Positions 13,634 to 26,742 of a stretch of DNA of 64,000 nt are shown here, one piece after another. A program made the position numbers and the translations under genes. The DNA comes from Blasia pusilla (taxonomy: Eukaryota), in contig CM114271.1 of NCBI GenBank assembly GCA_050084515.1, positions 2,976,001 through 3,040,000 of the forward strand, written 5' to 3'. Within the stretch, counting starts at the first letter, position 1; each line of letters starts with the position of its first letter. The notes beneath the pieces are model-generated. The model searched no databases and was not told the DNA's origin. It saw only the letters and a list, made by a program, of their open reading frames with translations.

Positions 13634-16600
13634 TCAAAAGTCAGCATGGTATACACACACCAATTCAGGATGTGATACAGGAGACCGACACAAGGGGCAC
13701 TCTGGCTTTTCATTACACCATTCGGCAACGCAATTCCTGATGGCGAGGCCAAACAAGGAATTCATGGTCAACTAAGACTTGCCATCGTCAGCTCTGCCCA
13801 ACACTGGTCCTCCAGGAACAGAAAAAGTCACTCTGTACTACAGTGGGTCCAGGAAAGAAATGAAGAAATACAGCTGAGGAGACATGAAGTGCCAACCACA
13901 TTCCACTTAACATACCTGTTGACTGCGCTTCAGATTGTGATTGCACAGCATCATGCACATGTTGACATACATCCATGAAAGACGTTTACTCAAGCTTAGA
14001 TACATTTGAAGTATGTAACCTAAAAGGCTCAACGGCATCAACTTACCAGCAAAAAACATGACCACAGGGTGTAGCAGTTGGATATTGGCGAGGACTCAAG
14101 CACAATGGACATTTGCTTGAACCAGGAGCCTGTAAGGACAAGCACTCTCTACTATCAGATTATGATGTACTACTACTCACATTCAAGAAAATAAGAATAT
14201 GATGTATCCACCTAATAATGGAATTGTACAATCTTTCATACCTCCAGTAGATACTTCGAGTCAACTTTGCCAGTCACATTGGTACAAAAACAGTTCATGG
14301 GCACAGACCTGCCTTTATCATTAGAAGAGTGCACGACATAATACCTCCGAATCAACCCAAAAGCTTTGTTGCCTCATCACCCTCTTCTCATCCAATTTGT
14401 CACCGTCTTCATCTAAGATAGCAATTCCTTGGGCACCTGGCAATCCATATTTTGCAACTCAGAAGTCAAGCTTCGAACTAAGGATCGAAATGTATTTGAT
14501 CGGAACTGGGGTACATACAGCAAGAAGATGTAATGATCATCCTCCCAGGTAGAGCTAGGTTGAGAGGAGACCTGCAAATGTGAAGGAAGGATTTGTAGTT
14601 CGTGAGCGCAAGGAAGAAGTGATTGCTGGGAAGATAGTCCGAGTTATCCAGTCACCACAAACAAAGCTCAGCTGAATGAAGAGGAACATGCCCAGCATGT
14701 GGTACCTGGCACCATCCAAAGTATGAGCAGCCTGCTCTACAGCCCAAAAACAGACATCTACAGATGAACCCAGAATGAAATGGAAGCTGTCTGGCACAGA
14801 CATCAATCCCTCACAGCCACACGTAGTCAATGATTGGGTAAAGGAGTGAAGACCGTGGAGAGACAATACCTGGGCTTTTGAACACTAGGCTTTGCCATGT
14901 AAATGTAGCGAATACCTGCTGCACGCTTCCCTACATGATAGTATAGACCTAAAAAAGCCCAAACAGCTTAATTGGCTCAGCTCAATAACTACCAGAGGAA
15001 TTTAAGCATGAGACACACTGTAACGTCCTGAACGAAGTACAGTTCTGACCAAGACAAAATGGGCCTACCAGACTACAACAAACTTCCCTTCAGTTACCCA
15101 AAAAAAAAAAGTGGTGTAGTCTTACATAATTTTCGTGACTACCCACGAACCGAACACGAATGTCTTTGAGCCAACTGTATTATCTTGTCCCTAGGGTTCG
15201 CTATGGTTAGGACTTTTAACATAATGACTTGAGAGCATTTCTAAACATTTTCAATCTTGGAGGTCCAACCCTGCGATTTGAAGTACAGAAGAACAAGTAA
15301 TGGTGCCATTTGATATTAGGGCTACAGTAAACAAAATTGTACCTTCAAAGTAGAAGAGCATCAGATGTGTGCGCACAGCCAGCAACATTGCCTCACGCAC
15401 TGAGGGGAGCACCTGTTCTACACACCCAGATGGTCAATCAACATCTAGCCCTTCTATTTCCAGATCAAATTTACACTACAGTTGATTATTGCAGACTGAA
15501 ATGCAGACATAGTAGAGACCAAATAAAAGAAGCAAAAGGGGTTTCAGCAACTAGAAAATTTGACTGTGTTATGTTTTCACATGGATCTCTAGTTGAGGGC
15601 ATAAGTGTACCATAGGCCAGCGCTGGAGAGCAACCCTCCCTGCCTGGTGCAATCTGTCTGTCAAGGAAAGTCTCACACTGGATGCTGCACCAGGACCATC
15701 TCTTCGTTGCTGAACCAAATCTAGTCTTGATGAGTCCACTTCCTCCCTCGTGAGAATTTCTTCCGTTGCAAGATTATAAACAGCATTCACCTCACCCATC
15801 TGATTTTCAGCTCCCAGAGACATTCCCCGTGCAGCGGCCCTAGCACTGTGAACCATAATTGATATTAATTCCCCAAATGGTAGATGCAAAACACAGAGAC
15901 AGTCTCACCTGGATGTTCCTCAGGCGCTTGCAACCGCCGCCCTAGCAAGTGGTTTTAAAAAAATCACAAAAGAATCTTCCTATTCACAAAGTCTACTGGT
16001 GATAGTCTTACCTGAGCCGCTCTGTAAGGTAGGGGAGTACAGTCTGGTAAAACACGAGTAATGTTCTTCTAGCTGGGGAGGCAGGAAGGCTGGTAGCACC
16101 TGCAACCTGTTCAGCATTCACAGTTTATTTAAGCGGCAGCCAACTTTACATCATCTCCTCACTAGTTAAGCACATACCAGGAATACTCAGCACCTGAAAA
16201 TGAGACCTATCAGCACATGCTTGAAAGTTGTTAAAACCCTGAGTTTCACTAGTAATTGATTTCCCGATGCAAAAGTTAGGGTATGTCCGGTAAATCTAAT
16301 TTCATCTGTTCACAAATTAAGAGTCTACAATACAACCCTACACAAGGAGGAAAAGAAAGAATTTCGATCTCTTCGGGTTGCAAGCGAATCCGACGAAGCG
16401 ATTCTACGTCAACCCAAACGGCCCTCGACTGGTCAGGGATTACGAACTCCTGTAGATTTGCCCACCTGCATGATATCGCAATATTCTTCCCCGAGAGTTT
16501 GAAGGCCTGATCCTGTCGTTAAGAGATAATAAAGTACTCGACCAGCCAACTTCATCTGGAAACAAATACAAATGGACAGTAGACTTCAAGCATGAATAAC

Positions 16601-17238
16601 GGTAAAGTCAGGTCAGCCAGGAATTTAAGCCCGAAATTGCAAAGCTGGAGGCTACGAAGTCAAAATCGTGGCAACCTCATAAATTCCACTTGGACAGAAT
16701 TGGATACACATGGACGATGCTTCCAATAAAATCAGATTGCCAGAGATGCTAGAGATCCTATCTCACCTCGTTTTGGTAAGCCACAGCCAGTCTCGTCCCT
16801 GATGTCCAGAGAACAATCACATCAGGACTTCTCTAGAGTTGCGTTACATAGGATAGTCTTGGTAGAATTCAAACGGGAGATGAAATGTGAGCGGAAGACG
16901 TGACGAGGAAGGATCAAACATAATGATAAACTCCCTACGTCCGTGGAACAAGCAGGAACCAGAGGACTCAAAAGATGGTGCATCACCGTTGAGAGGGAGG
17001 GGAGAGACGAACCAAATGAGTGGCGAAATGCATCGTAACATGCCTCACACAACTGCGCTATGTATTGTTCATCTTTCTCTGCAGCCCGCATCATTTCAGG
17101 CTGAGCGGCTGCTGGAAATTGGACCATAGAATTTTCGTCTCTTTGGCTCCTGCTGGCATCAGTGGCATCATTACGGTCGGCGTCTGCAACAGTTGAACCG
17201 TTCTGAATCTCTGCCATCGAGGAGCTGCCCTCACTCAT
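13634..17238 (-). CDS. PEX10: Peroxisome biogenesis factor 10 (Pex2/Pex12 domain plus C3HC4 RING), 11 exons, 412 aa
   Basis: Hand-spliced exons, all with GT-AG introns: 17238-17013, 16798-16767, 16555-16466, 16106-16012, 15845-15611, 15412-15343, 14948-14870, 14705-14572, 14436-14345, 14129-14047, 13736-13634. Total 1239 nt, open through to TGA. Signatures: [41 protein letters not shown] and [43 protein letters not shown]...VYHADF. Confidence 0.96.
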
Positions 17239-17239
17239 C

Positions 17240-19100
17240 TCTCCTCAGGAACAAGGGTAGGTCGAGAGCGCACGCGTAAGAGAAGACCAGGTTCAACCTT
17301 AAAGGCGAGATGAACAATCTGCCGACGCGAAATTAATACCATCTTCTACTTTCCATGGCCGCCCCGCGTGATCTCCGCGATCCCAGCTTCCCTTCACTGT
17401 TCTAAAGGTCCTAAAGCCTTTCTTTCCATTCCTCAGAAAAGATTTGGAAATTTAAATCCGAGATTCTATGACCAGATCAGCTTCCAGACTTCGACCCGCG
17501 TAAGACCGTCTTGGCAACTCCTCCGCAATCCAAGCTTCCCATGGCACTGTTCAAAAAGTTCCATTAAATGCTCTAAAAGTTTTCTCTCCAATTCTCAAGA
17601 AAGATTTGTAAATTGGAAAACCCGATTCTTCGCCCGCCCCCGTGGTCAGTGACATGCCACTCCACATTGGCTGATCCAGTGCACACTCCTCTCGAGAAAT
17701 ATCCGAAAGCCTAAAGAAGAAAGTAGCACCGAAAAGATGAGGAGGGTCCAATCGCGTCTCAGGAATAATCCCCAAGCACCGGCAATTGTGTCCTACTCAC
17801 TGTCTCCAACTTTTCTGAACATGTGTTCGTCTGCCTATGCACTACTGTTCCGGGCCGGTCCTACGATACGCTGTATATTTGCGCACCGTACTTTCCCAGA
17901 ACCGGTCGCGTCTGCAGACCGGTCATCCATCGATCCATGCATGCAGTTCCGGGATACTATCTTGGGAAGGCATTGCGGTTTCGTGTTCCGCCCGCACATC
18001 CGAGGCGACGCGAGGATGCTTTCTCTCGATCAATCATGAGGGCGGTGCGTAGGTAAGGATCCCGGGTCATACATGTCAAACTTGGAGTATGGACAAGTGT
18101 CGGCCCATCATTATCCATCATAGGGTGATGGGTCTCTACCCCATATCCCCGACACGTGGCCTTCACGTGCTCGATATTCATCATTCCATGGCTGTGATCA
18201 TACACCATGGGCGGTATGGCTCCATCTTCTCATCAATGACTGTGTGCGTTGACGAGCCCGCCCTCCAGCATGCGGGCCAGCCTGCCCTCCCTCCCTTTGC
18301 CGGTTCGCCATCCGGCACTCCGTGGATGAATGGACGGACCGGCGGGGTCCTGGGCAGCTGCAGCGCCAACACCGCTGATACGTACGAGTTGGCGTGGCAG
18401 CGCCAGTACCTGTCAGGTATGGGAGTAGTCCTTCCCCGGCTGGACTCTGGGCCGGACGGGGGAAACCTTACGAGATACACAACAACGGCACGTGAAACCT
18501 TACGACGCCGGTTTTCCTCAGTGTTGCAGGGTCAGGAGAAAACACCGGTCCTTAGGTTTTGAGGAGGAGGACGATACATGCCGGCGCCGTCGTGAAGAGC
18601 GAGCTCTGCCACTTCTGCGAGAGACTTCGTGAGAGCGACGGCAGAGGAGAGCTGCAGCCTTCCGATGGCCAAGGGGGAAGCATGCGGAAAGCAAGCTCCT
18701 ATCAAACAACTGCTCCGCCGTGTCGAGCAAAGGGGTCATCAGTAGGGCTGCAGGGCGCAAGCACCACGTTGCATGCGCCGCGAGCCATGCTGGCCAATGA
18801 AGATTCCAAATTCATAATAGGCGAGACAGGAACACGCAGAAGGTACTGAGGTACTCCCAAAAGTGCGACGGACAAGGCATGAATGTCTTTCGAGATATCC
18901 CGGTGGAGGAGAAAGCCGTAGGATAAATATAGACGAGGGCATGGTCCGGTATGACAAGCCACTGGCCGGATTGCAGTACCACCAACGTAGGTCTTGGATA
19001 CGTGGGGGGGAACCAATGGAATCCTTGCTATACGTGGAGGAATCGCAGAAGCAATTGGATACGAGCAGAAGTCGAAAGGCACCCGGAGAAATGGACTAAA
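17240..19100. promoter_or_regulatory. CpG-rich island upstream of PEX10 (likely 5' UTR/promoter) with CACGTG G-boxes
   Basis: GC/CpG content is much higher than in the AT-rich flank beyond 19100. CACGTG occurs at ~18153, ~18164 and ~18489. Confidence 0.45.
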
Positions 19101-19203
19101 AATAGTTCACAAGTGGCACTAGGAACCCAACAATGTGTTAAATTCCCGCCTAGTTAAAAACAATTAAGCGAATACACAATTTTGATGAGAAATGTACGAG
19201 AAA

Positions 19204-19352
19204 GTAAACTGCTCATGCAGCGGTTTCCAAGAGTTTGGATTTTTTCATTTCATCTTATAATCTATGTATACATAATCTTTGGTAGTAAACTGCTCATGCA
19301 ACTGTTTCGAAGAGTTTAGATTTTTTCATTTCATCTATGTATACATAATCTT
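19204..19352. repeat. Tandem duplication, ~80-bp unit x2
   Basis: 'gtaaactgctcatgca...tttcatttcatct...atgtatacataatcttt' occurs twice. Confidence 0.85.
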
Positions 19353-20694
19353 TGCAATTTACTTCTTTCTTTGAACCCGTGGATGTCCGTATCCAACTCA
19401 CAATCATGTTTTAATCTTTATAAGAATTGAGATAGCATGCATAATCATTTATTAAAGATATTTTAATGAGTTTTTTATATTTTATTTCTAATAACAACTT
19501 AAAAATTCAAAATAAACCAGTGTGGCGGCCTCAAAATGGGGCAACATATTATTAAAAACATAATAATATTGAAATATAAATATACACATAGATAAAAGAG
19601 ACCCACAATTATAAAAATTTAAAAAGTGCAAAGAAGTATGAGAAAGAGAGACATAAAGAAGGGACACAAACCAATATACAACAATGTATTCAATCCAAAT
19701 AGGAGGGAAACATTACTTAGGCCTTCAAAGGGAGACCTATAGAGAGACTTTGAGGAGAAGAAAACAATAGTGTGGATACAAGTTCAATATACATACTATA
19801 CTAATCCAATGGCAATCACAAATTTAAAATATAATACGATTTAGTTCATAATGCGAATTTATGTATTGATTAGATCAATTACATTATCCATAGTACAAAA
19901 TTTGATTCCAATTTATGTTGTGGGGTGAATACATTAGTGTGAAAACCAAGACGATGAAAATGATAACATGATAATGATAGAGATCATAATATAGAAAAAA
20001 ATAAAACTCTATATGAAATGCTACAATTCATGACAAAATTTAATCAATACAGATGTATTAGTCAATCAGTAGGGCACATAATAAAACCACTATGTCTATG
20101 TCTCTAAACCCGAAGAAATGAAATGATTGTAGACAATTGCAATCCTCCAAAAACTCACAGACTTTAAGGATTGCTCGAATCCTTCAAGCCCTATGATTTA
20201 AAAGTGGATAGGTGGGGAGTAGCCGATCTAAACCACATACAACTAGGGGCGAATCAATAATAAATGCTATAATAGCAAAATGATGAAGCAACGATAAATA
20301 CATAAAGATAGCCAATACCCAATTAATATGAGTATAAGAGTTACGGATAATACATAAAGATGGCCAATACATTCATACACGAATAAAGAAGACAACAAAT
20401 GCCTTGAGAACCTAATCCTATTTATCCAATAGTTTTTTTCCACGTCATAATATGGATCCTGTGGAGCATTGTGGTACGACTACAAAAACAATATTATCTA
20501 CTACACGCATCTAAGAGGGACCACATAATATAGGCTTTAAGTTGGGGCCGTAATGATTTTCTCTAGCTTATTGAAAGATGGGGATAAGACAAGAGATAAT
20601 TTTTTTGAAAATTAAAATATGAAAATATATGAAATTTTTTCCTAAGCCAAGTTAGATGCATCATTAAAAAATATAACTTTCTTGTTTTTTGCTC

Positions 20695-21310
20695 TCTATA
20701 TTATCATGGGAAAGTGCCTTCTTAATTTACAAACACCTCTCTCTTTGACACATGGCAACTGGACAAAAAGAAAATGTTTCACATGCTACGGAAGCCAAAA
20801 ATTTTTTTATTTATGTGTGCCATCATGAATCTCTTCCCTTCACGGACTATACACTAGCTCTTAAAACACTTTTTTTTTTCCTTGCATCGCACGAGCACCT
20901 TATCTCTATTATTATGGGAGAATGCCTTTTTCATTTGCAAACATCTATGTGCTTGACACATGGCAATTGGGCAGCAATAAACTGTTTCATATGCTATGGA
21001 CAACAAGAAAAAAAATTGTATTTATGTGCAACATCATTAATCTCTTCCTTTCAAGGACTATTTATTTATTAAATAGGTTGTAGAGATATAACTCTATCAT
21101 TGTCATATCATCTATATTATTATGGGAGAGTGTCTTCTTGATTTGTCAACACCTCTTTGTTTGACATCTCGACAACAATAAAATATTTCACATGCTACAT
21201 ATAACAAGAAAAAAATTGAGTTTATGTGCAACATTATTGATCTCTTGAGCTTTACATGAACCCTTCAAACACTTTTTTATTTCCTATGCACCACACGGGC
21301 ACCTTATGAG
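20695..21310 (+). mobile_element. Head-to-tail array of about three non-autonomous mini-Helitrons
   Basis: Units start with TCTATATTATTATGGG-like sequence at ~20695, ~20905 and 21111. Units 1 and 3 end in a degenerate hairpin plus 'gcacctta'. Homologous to the intact copy at 26377-26599. Confidence 0.75.
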
Positions 21311-22724
21311 TCTTTTTTAATATTAAACTTTATAACACCATTAAGGGCATTAGCTCACTTTGAAGACCAATGAAACCTATTACATTTGTCCATAAAACCA
21401 ATTCGTGAAGTTTTTCTTTTAGTTTTATCATATACTACGCAAAAAACAAGAATGGGTACCGTTTTAATAAATTTTTTAATTTTTTAATTAAAAATAAAGA
21501 AAATTCAAACATCTTTCCTAGTGAAATCTTCTAAAGTATCTTCATTTTTATTACCTTTTCTTGTATGAAAATTTAAAATTCTTTTTTTAAGATTCTTGCT
21601 AACAAAATTTTGGCAACAATTAATATAAAGTTTAGTTTTGAATAATCATCCTTTTGGAAAAAAATGATGAGGATAATATGACACTAATGGGGCAAGTATT
21701 ATTATTCAAAATAATTGAAGATATTTTATTTATTTATTATTTATTATTTTCAAGTTAGATTGAGAGAAAAATTTAATCCCTATTTTGGGAAAAAAATTCA
21801 TCAAATTAAGTAAGTTTCTTTTACTTATTGAAAGATAGGGATTGGAAAAGGGATAAATCATTTTTTGACAATTAATAAAGGAAAAAATAGGAAATGTTGT
21901 CTTTAGCCAAGTTAGATGAATTCTAAAAAAGGTCCTCAATCTTTCTTTTTTTGGTCATCTTTTTTAAGATTAAACTTTATTCATCGTATGCCTCTAATTT
22001 CACATTATCATATATCCTCCATATGTGAGTCTTTTCATTCATGATCATCTCACCCGATGCATCGCACTCGCAAAACATTACTCGTCTACATTATTATTGG
22101 AGAGTGCCCCTTCATTTTGCAAACTTGACACTTGGCATTTCTAGCCAATAGAATCAACTCGCTTTCTAAGGCAATAGGATTTCCCGAAATTGATTTAAAG
22201 TGATATTTAAGACTTAACTATGAGAGGTAATTCAAACCCGTGCATCACACAGGTTTACACTAGTAATAATACATATGGAACATTTATTCACTTCTTGTGT
22301 TTTACCTTGGATAATATTACATACGTTTGCCCATGTATGACTATTATGCAGCCGCATTTTAAACAAATATATAAGGTACAAGGATTTGCATAGGTAAAGC
22401 TCTCAGACGATGTATTAATTTTACACAATATCCTTAATAACATAGGAATTCCTTCAATATTTCAAAATTGATATTTTTTAATAATATCAAATTGTGAATA
22501 AATATCTAAAAGTTTCTACTTTTTTTATTTTCATAATAAAAAAAACTAGGACATAGGAAAGGATGTGGCTAACATAGTAAGTATCCAATATGGAGAATAC
22601 GTTCGCAATAATGAAATTCAAAAAAATTTACATGGGATCCACACAAGCGCTAGAGCATGTGTTTTAATTCAATACAATGGAAAGAAAGACAAGGGCTTGA
22701 CCTACCGTGAATTTTCTTGTTTTC

Positions 22725-22820
22725 ATGCTTTATGAATAACGTCATTATCTTCACGAGCAAGATAACCTCCTTCATTACGTGCTTCTATGTAAGCTTATAA
22801 AGCAACTCGACTAGCAATTC
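22725..22820 (-). pseudogene. rbcL: Plastid rbcL 3' fragment (NUPT)
   Basis: Minus strand reads ASRVAL*AYIEARNEGGYLAREDNDVIHKA, matching the RbcL C-terminal motif [24 protein letters not shown]. Confidence 0.75.
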
Positions 22821-22893
22821 CAACACCCCCACGATGTTGATTGGTTATAATTTCTTCTATTTTGACATACGGTTCTTCTAAATTAAAAAAATG

Positions 22894-22971
22894 AAAGAGA
22901 GGGATTTGAACCTTCAATAGTTTTAAAATAATTGGTTTTCAAAATTGATGTCATAAACCACTCGGCTATCT
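22894..22971 (-). pseudogene. trnS-UGA: Degenerate plastid-type tRNA-Ser(UGA) (NUPT)
   Basis: Reverse complement 'agatagccgagtggtttatgacatcaattttgaaaaccaatt...gaaggttcaaatccctctct' shows a D-arm, TTGAAA anticodon loop, long variable arm and GGTTCAAATCC T-arm, with many apparent C>T/G>A changes. Confidence 0.7.
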
Positions 22972-25900
22972 AAAACCTAAGAAATTCAACTTTTTTATGT
23001 ATGATATTATTAAAAATAGATAAATTTACAAAAATAGGGTTCTATGGTATAATTTAAAATATGCGGCTATAATTATTTTTCTTTCTTTGTTGCAATTGAC
23101 CAGAATCCCCTTTATTTGAATGACATAAAAATGCTTACATGAACAAAAATAGTAATACATATGGTTTTGAGGACAACCTATGAAAAGTAGTCATAAAAGA
23201 CCTTACAAATCTTGTCAATACCTAACATGCTTAGGATCTCTCAAACTCTCAATGAACAAGATCATTCAAAGTTGATACAAGAGATCAATTAAAATTTTGG
23301 GGTATTTGTTACAAGTTAGTTAAAACATGGATCAAGGGATGATTAACTGTCATTTATTTAAATAACCTCGTGCATCACATCAACGTTCACTAGTTATCAA
23401 TAAGGGCATCAATTTCTTCTTGAACTAAAGGTGTTTTATAAAGCACCATAAAAAGCTAGATCTCCAAGTGTAAAGCCACTTTGTGCTAACGAATCAATTG
23501 CAGTAGTATTTATTTAAACGATTATCCTCTAAAGTTCATTTAAATTATATATTTTTAAATTATCCTTTATCTTAAAATTTTCCATTAAGACTAGCTATTG
23601 TTTGCTTGTTAAGATAGATAATACTATTAAACTACCATTAAATAGTGTTTTTGCATAGTAAATTTTCCAATAATTTTCATATTTTAATTCCACTACTATT
23701 TATTTAACTTTATTACTAAAAACTTAATTTATAACTTATCCAAAAAAAATTCCTTTTTATTAAAAAGATAAAACAATGCAAGAATTCATACGCAAATGAG
23801 TTGCTTTCTCCCTAGGGATCCTCTCAAGCTCCCATGGTATCTATTTTCCTCATTCCGTACCTCCCTTTCGACACAAGATAGGCTCATTCCGTCTCCCAAA
23901 GTTGAATTGAATTTTGGGAGGAATGGAAAGAATCAATTCCTATCCTTTGAGTGTCCATCTTTCCCCTCCTTCCCTCCTCTATATTTTCTATCTGATTTTC
24001 TCCATTAGGATACAAGGGAAAAGAAGGAGATATGAAGATGGGTTGGTTTCAACTCGCCTTCCAAATGGGTAGGGATTAATATGCCCTCCCCAATCTCCAA
24101 AGAAGCCATATTTATATTTATTGCTTTGGATAGAAAAGGGGATCTTCTCAAACTCTATATCTCCATCTTTCTTAAAATTTGAACACTTTTTAAGAAATTC
24201 CTTATAAATTCCTCACTAGCTTAGTTGAAAAATAATGCAACTCTTTCTCCCCTCCTCGCCCCTTCCCTTCCTTGTAGAAAATATATCCCTTCCTTCCTTA
24301 CCTTCCGCTTTTCAAAAACAGTCTATTCCTCTTTCCGTCTCATATTGAAAATTTTAACATTTGGAAAATAATTCTTTATGAAACTTTTACTTTATCTCAT
24401 AAGATAGTCAACCTTCTCTCTCCCCAAAAATATTATTTTGGTTAAAAATTAGCTTCTATCATATGGTATCCAAAATAAGAATAAATTAACAAACATTTTC
24501 GAAAGTCTTGGAAACAGTTTATATGAAAGCACTTTGAAATAAATGAGTAAATAAAGATATGTGAAATTTATAGAGAAATTTATATTTCTTAATCCCTAAC
24601 ATTCATGATCTCCTAGATTTTTATTTTAATCCCTTGCAATGCAAAACAAAAATAAAAAAATTGTATTCCAAATTTGCAAAAGAAAATATAACCCAAAATT
24701 GTTATTGGAACTAATTTTATATATTGAAAAGAATCACACATGGCATTCATAATGTGTTCTACATTCAATGATCCCTTCAATGAATAACTAATAAGTATAT
24801 TCGAACAAATTTATTGAGAATATTCTTTTAAAATACTATTTAAATAATTCTTATTTTAAATATATAAAAAAATATAATCCTCTATTGTTGATCTTGACCC
24901 TACCAATTTCCACCATCATCATGTTATCACTGTATTTGGTATTGATTCATAATAGGCTTTGTGAAAGCATGTTGACCACCTCTTCCTCCATATCCTTGGA
25001 ATCCACCATAATAAGTAATTATAGAAGATGTTGATTTAAAATTTGATTATTAAATATGACCTAGGGAATTATTTTCTTGATGTGCTTTTTCTTAGCCTAA
25101 ACATCTAGGTCTATTTCGTCACCTTTTGGTTTGGCCTCTATGTCTCTCATAAGCTTTCATAGTTCATTTACTAAGATATTGTTGCATTCGCATCCACTTT
25201 GTGAGTCATGGGATTCGTAACTTAGTTATAGTACGATTGTACTAGACTTACAACTTTGCAAGTGTTGCATTTGCATTTTATTGGAAAACCAAATAATTGG
25301 ACTATAAATTTATGACCATAACATGGCTTAATTTTATTTTCTTGCACTCGTAGTTTAGTCATAAAAGGCTCGCAAGGTGCTCATAAACAACTCACAAATT
25401 TTGACAACTTTGCAAGTCATTTGCAGACCTTTGCAAGTATGAGAAGTCGCAAAAAATTCACATAGTAGTGGCAAAACAAGAAAAAGCACTAGCAACAGAT
25501 TCACAATGGACTATTAAATAACTCGCTAAGAAGTGGTTTTCAAAATTCACATCGTAATTATTTTGTGCTTCTCTACAACTCACTTTGGACTTATTTTTGG
25601 TTTTGTAAAATACTTCTCCAAAAGGGGATTTGGCTCCTTCCAATTTCGTCTTTCGAATACCATTTCCTTTTCTTTTTATTCTTTCCTCATATATTTTGTC
25701 TAGTATAGATACAAAAATTATAGAAAAATGTAATATTATGAACCTGACTCGTATATATGTCCTTAAGCATTTCAAAAAATAAAACTTACCAAAAACTCCT
25801 CAAATCTTAGATCCATTATAGAAGAACCTAGTTCCAAAGTAAATAGGCAAGTCTTTGAAAGTTGGAAGGAAAAGAGAAAATAAAGATGTTTGGAAGTGAC

Positions 25901-26376
25901 GGGAATTTTGTATCAAGAATTTTTTTTTATAAGTGTATTTGCAAGTAATTTATATATTAATTTTGAGTCATTTGCAAGTGCATCTAAATTCTTACATTGT
26001 GAGTGTTTTGCAACTAAGTTGTGTCTCGTGGAAGTCATAAGTTATGTTGTCTCGTACTTGCATTCCATGAGACACTTACAAATCTCAATGCAAGATGTTT
26101 ACATATTACGGGACTCACGAATGGTCAAGATTGACTCACAAGGCTAAGAAGAAAATTCTAAATTGGTGTAAACTTGCTTTGGACTCCCAAATGGCTTGCA
26201 CTAAGTAGACTCCGGAATCTAGACTCTACTAGTCGTAGGCAAAAGAAAAGGCTTGCAAAATGAAAAGAAATTTTTTGTTGAGGAATATTCCATGAAGGCT
26301 AATTCCACTAATGAATCTTACTTTTATGGTTTGCATTGCTCTAAAAAATGAAGTACAGACTATAGTTATGAAAGAA

Positions 26377-26599
26377 CTAGTAAGGTGCCCGTGCGATGCA
26401 CGGGAAATACAAAAGTGGTTGAAGAGTTTTTGCTAATGTGTAGCCCATGAAGGGAATGCACTTATGATGCTCCACACAGATTCAATTTTTTTTTCTTCTT
26501 GCTCGTAGCTTGTGAGACATTTTCTTGCTGCCCGGTTGTCATGTGTCAAACACATAAGTGTTTGCAAATCAAGAAGCCAATGTCCCATAATAATATAGA
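26377..26599 (-). mobile_element. Complete 223-bp non-autonomous Helitron
   Basis: On the minus strand: 5' TC start (TCTATATTATTATGGG), perfect subterminal hairpin CCCGTGC-ATC-GCACGGG, 3' CTAG end, inserted between A and T with no target-site duplication. Confidence 0.88.
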
Positions 26600-26742
26600 T
26601 AAATATGGAATTCTCTAGAGTTTATGATTTATATGAGAATGTGGTTGAAACTCGCCTTTAGACAGAAAACTATAAAACTATTTTTTCACTAATTGCACTT
26701 TTCTTTTTAACCTCAAAGTGTCCAAATTATTTAATTCTTGAT

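Noticed and set aside
16822-17012. C-terminal half of the 138-aa ORF as part of PEX10
   Set aside because: It is read-through into intron 1. The GT donor at 17012-17011 and the next exon restore the conserved frame.
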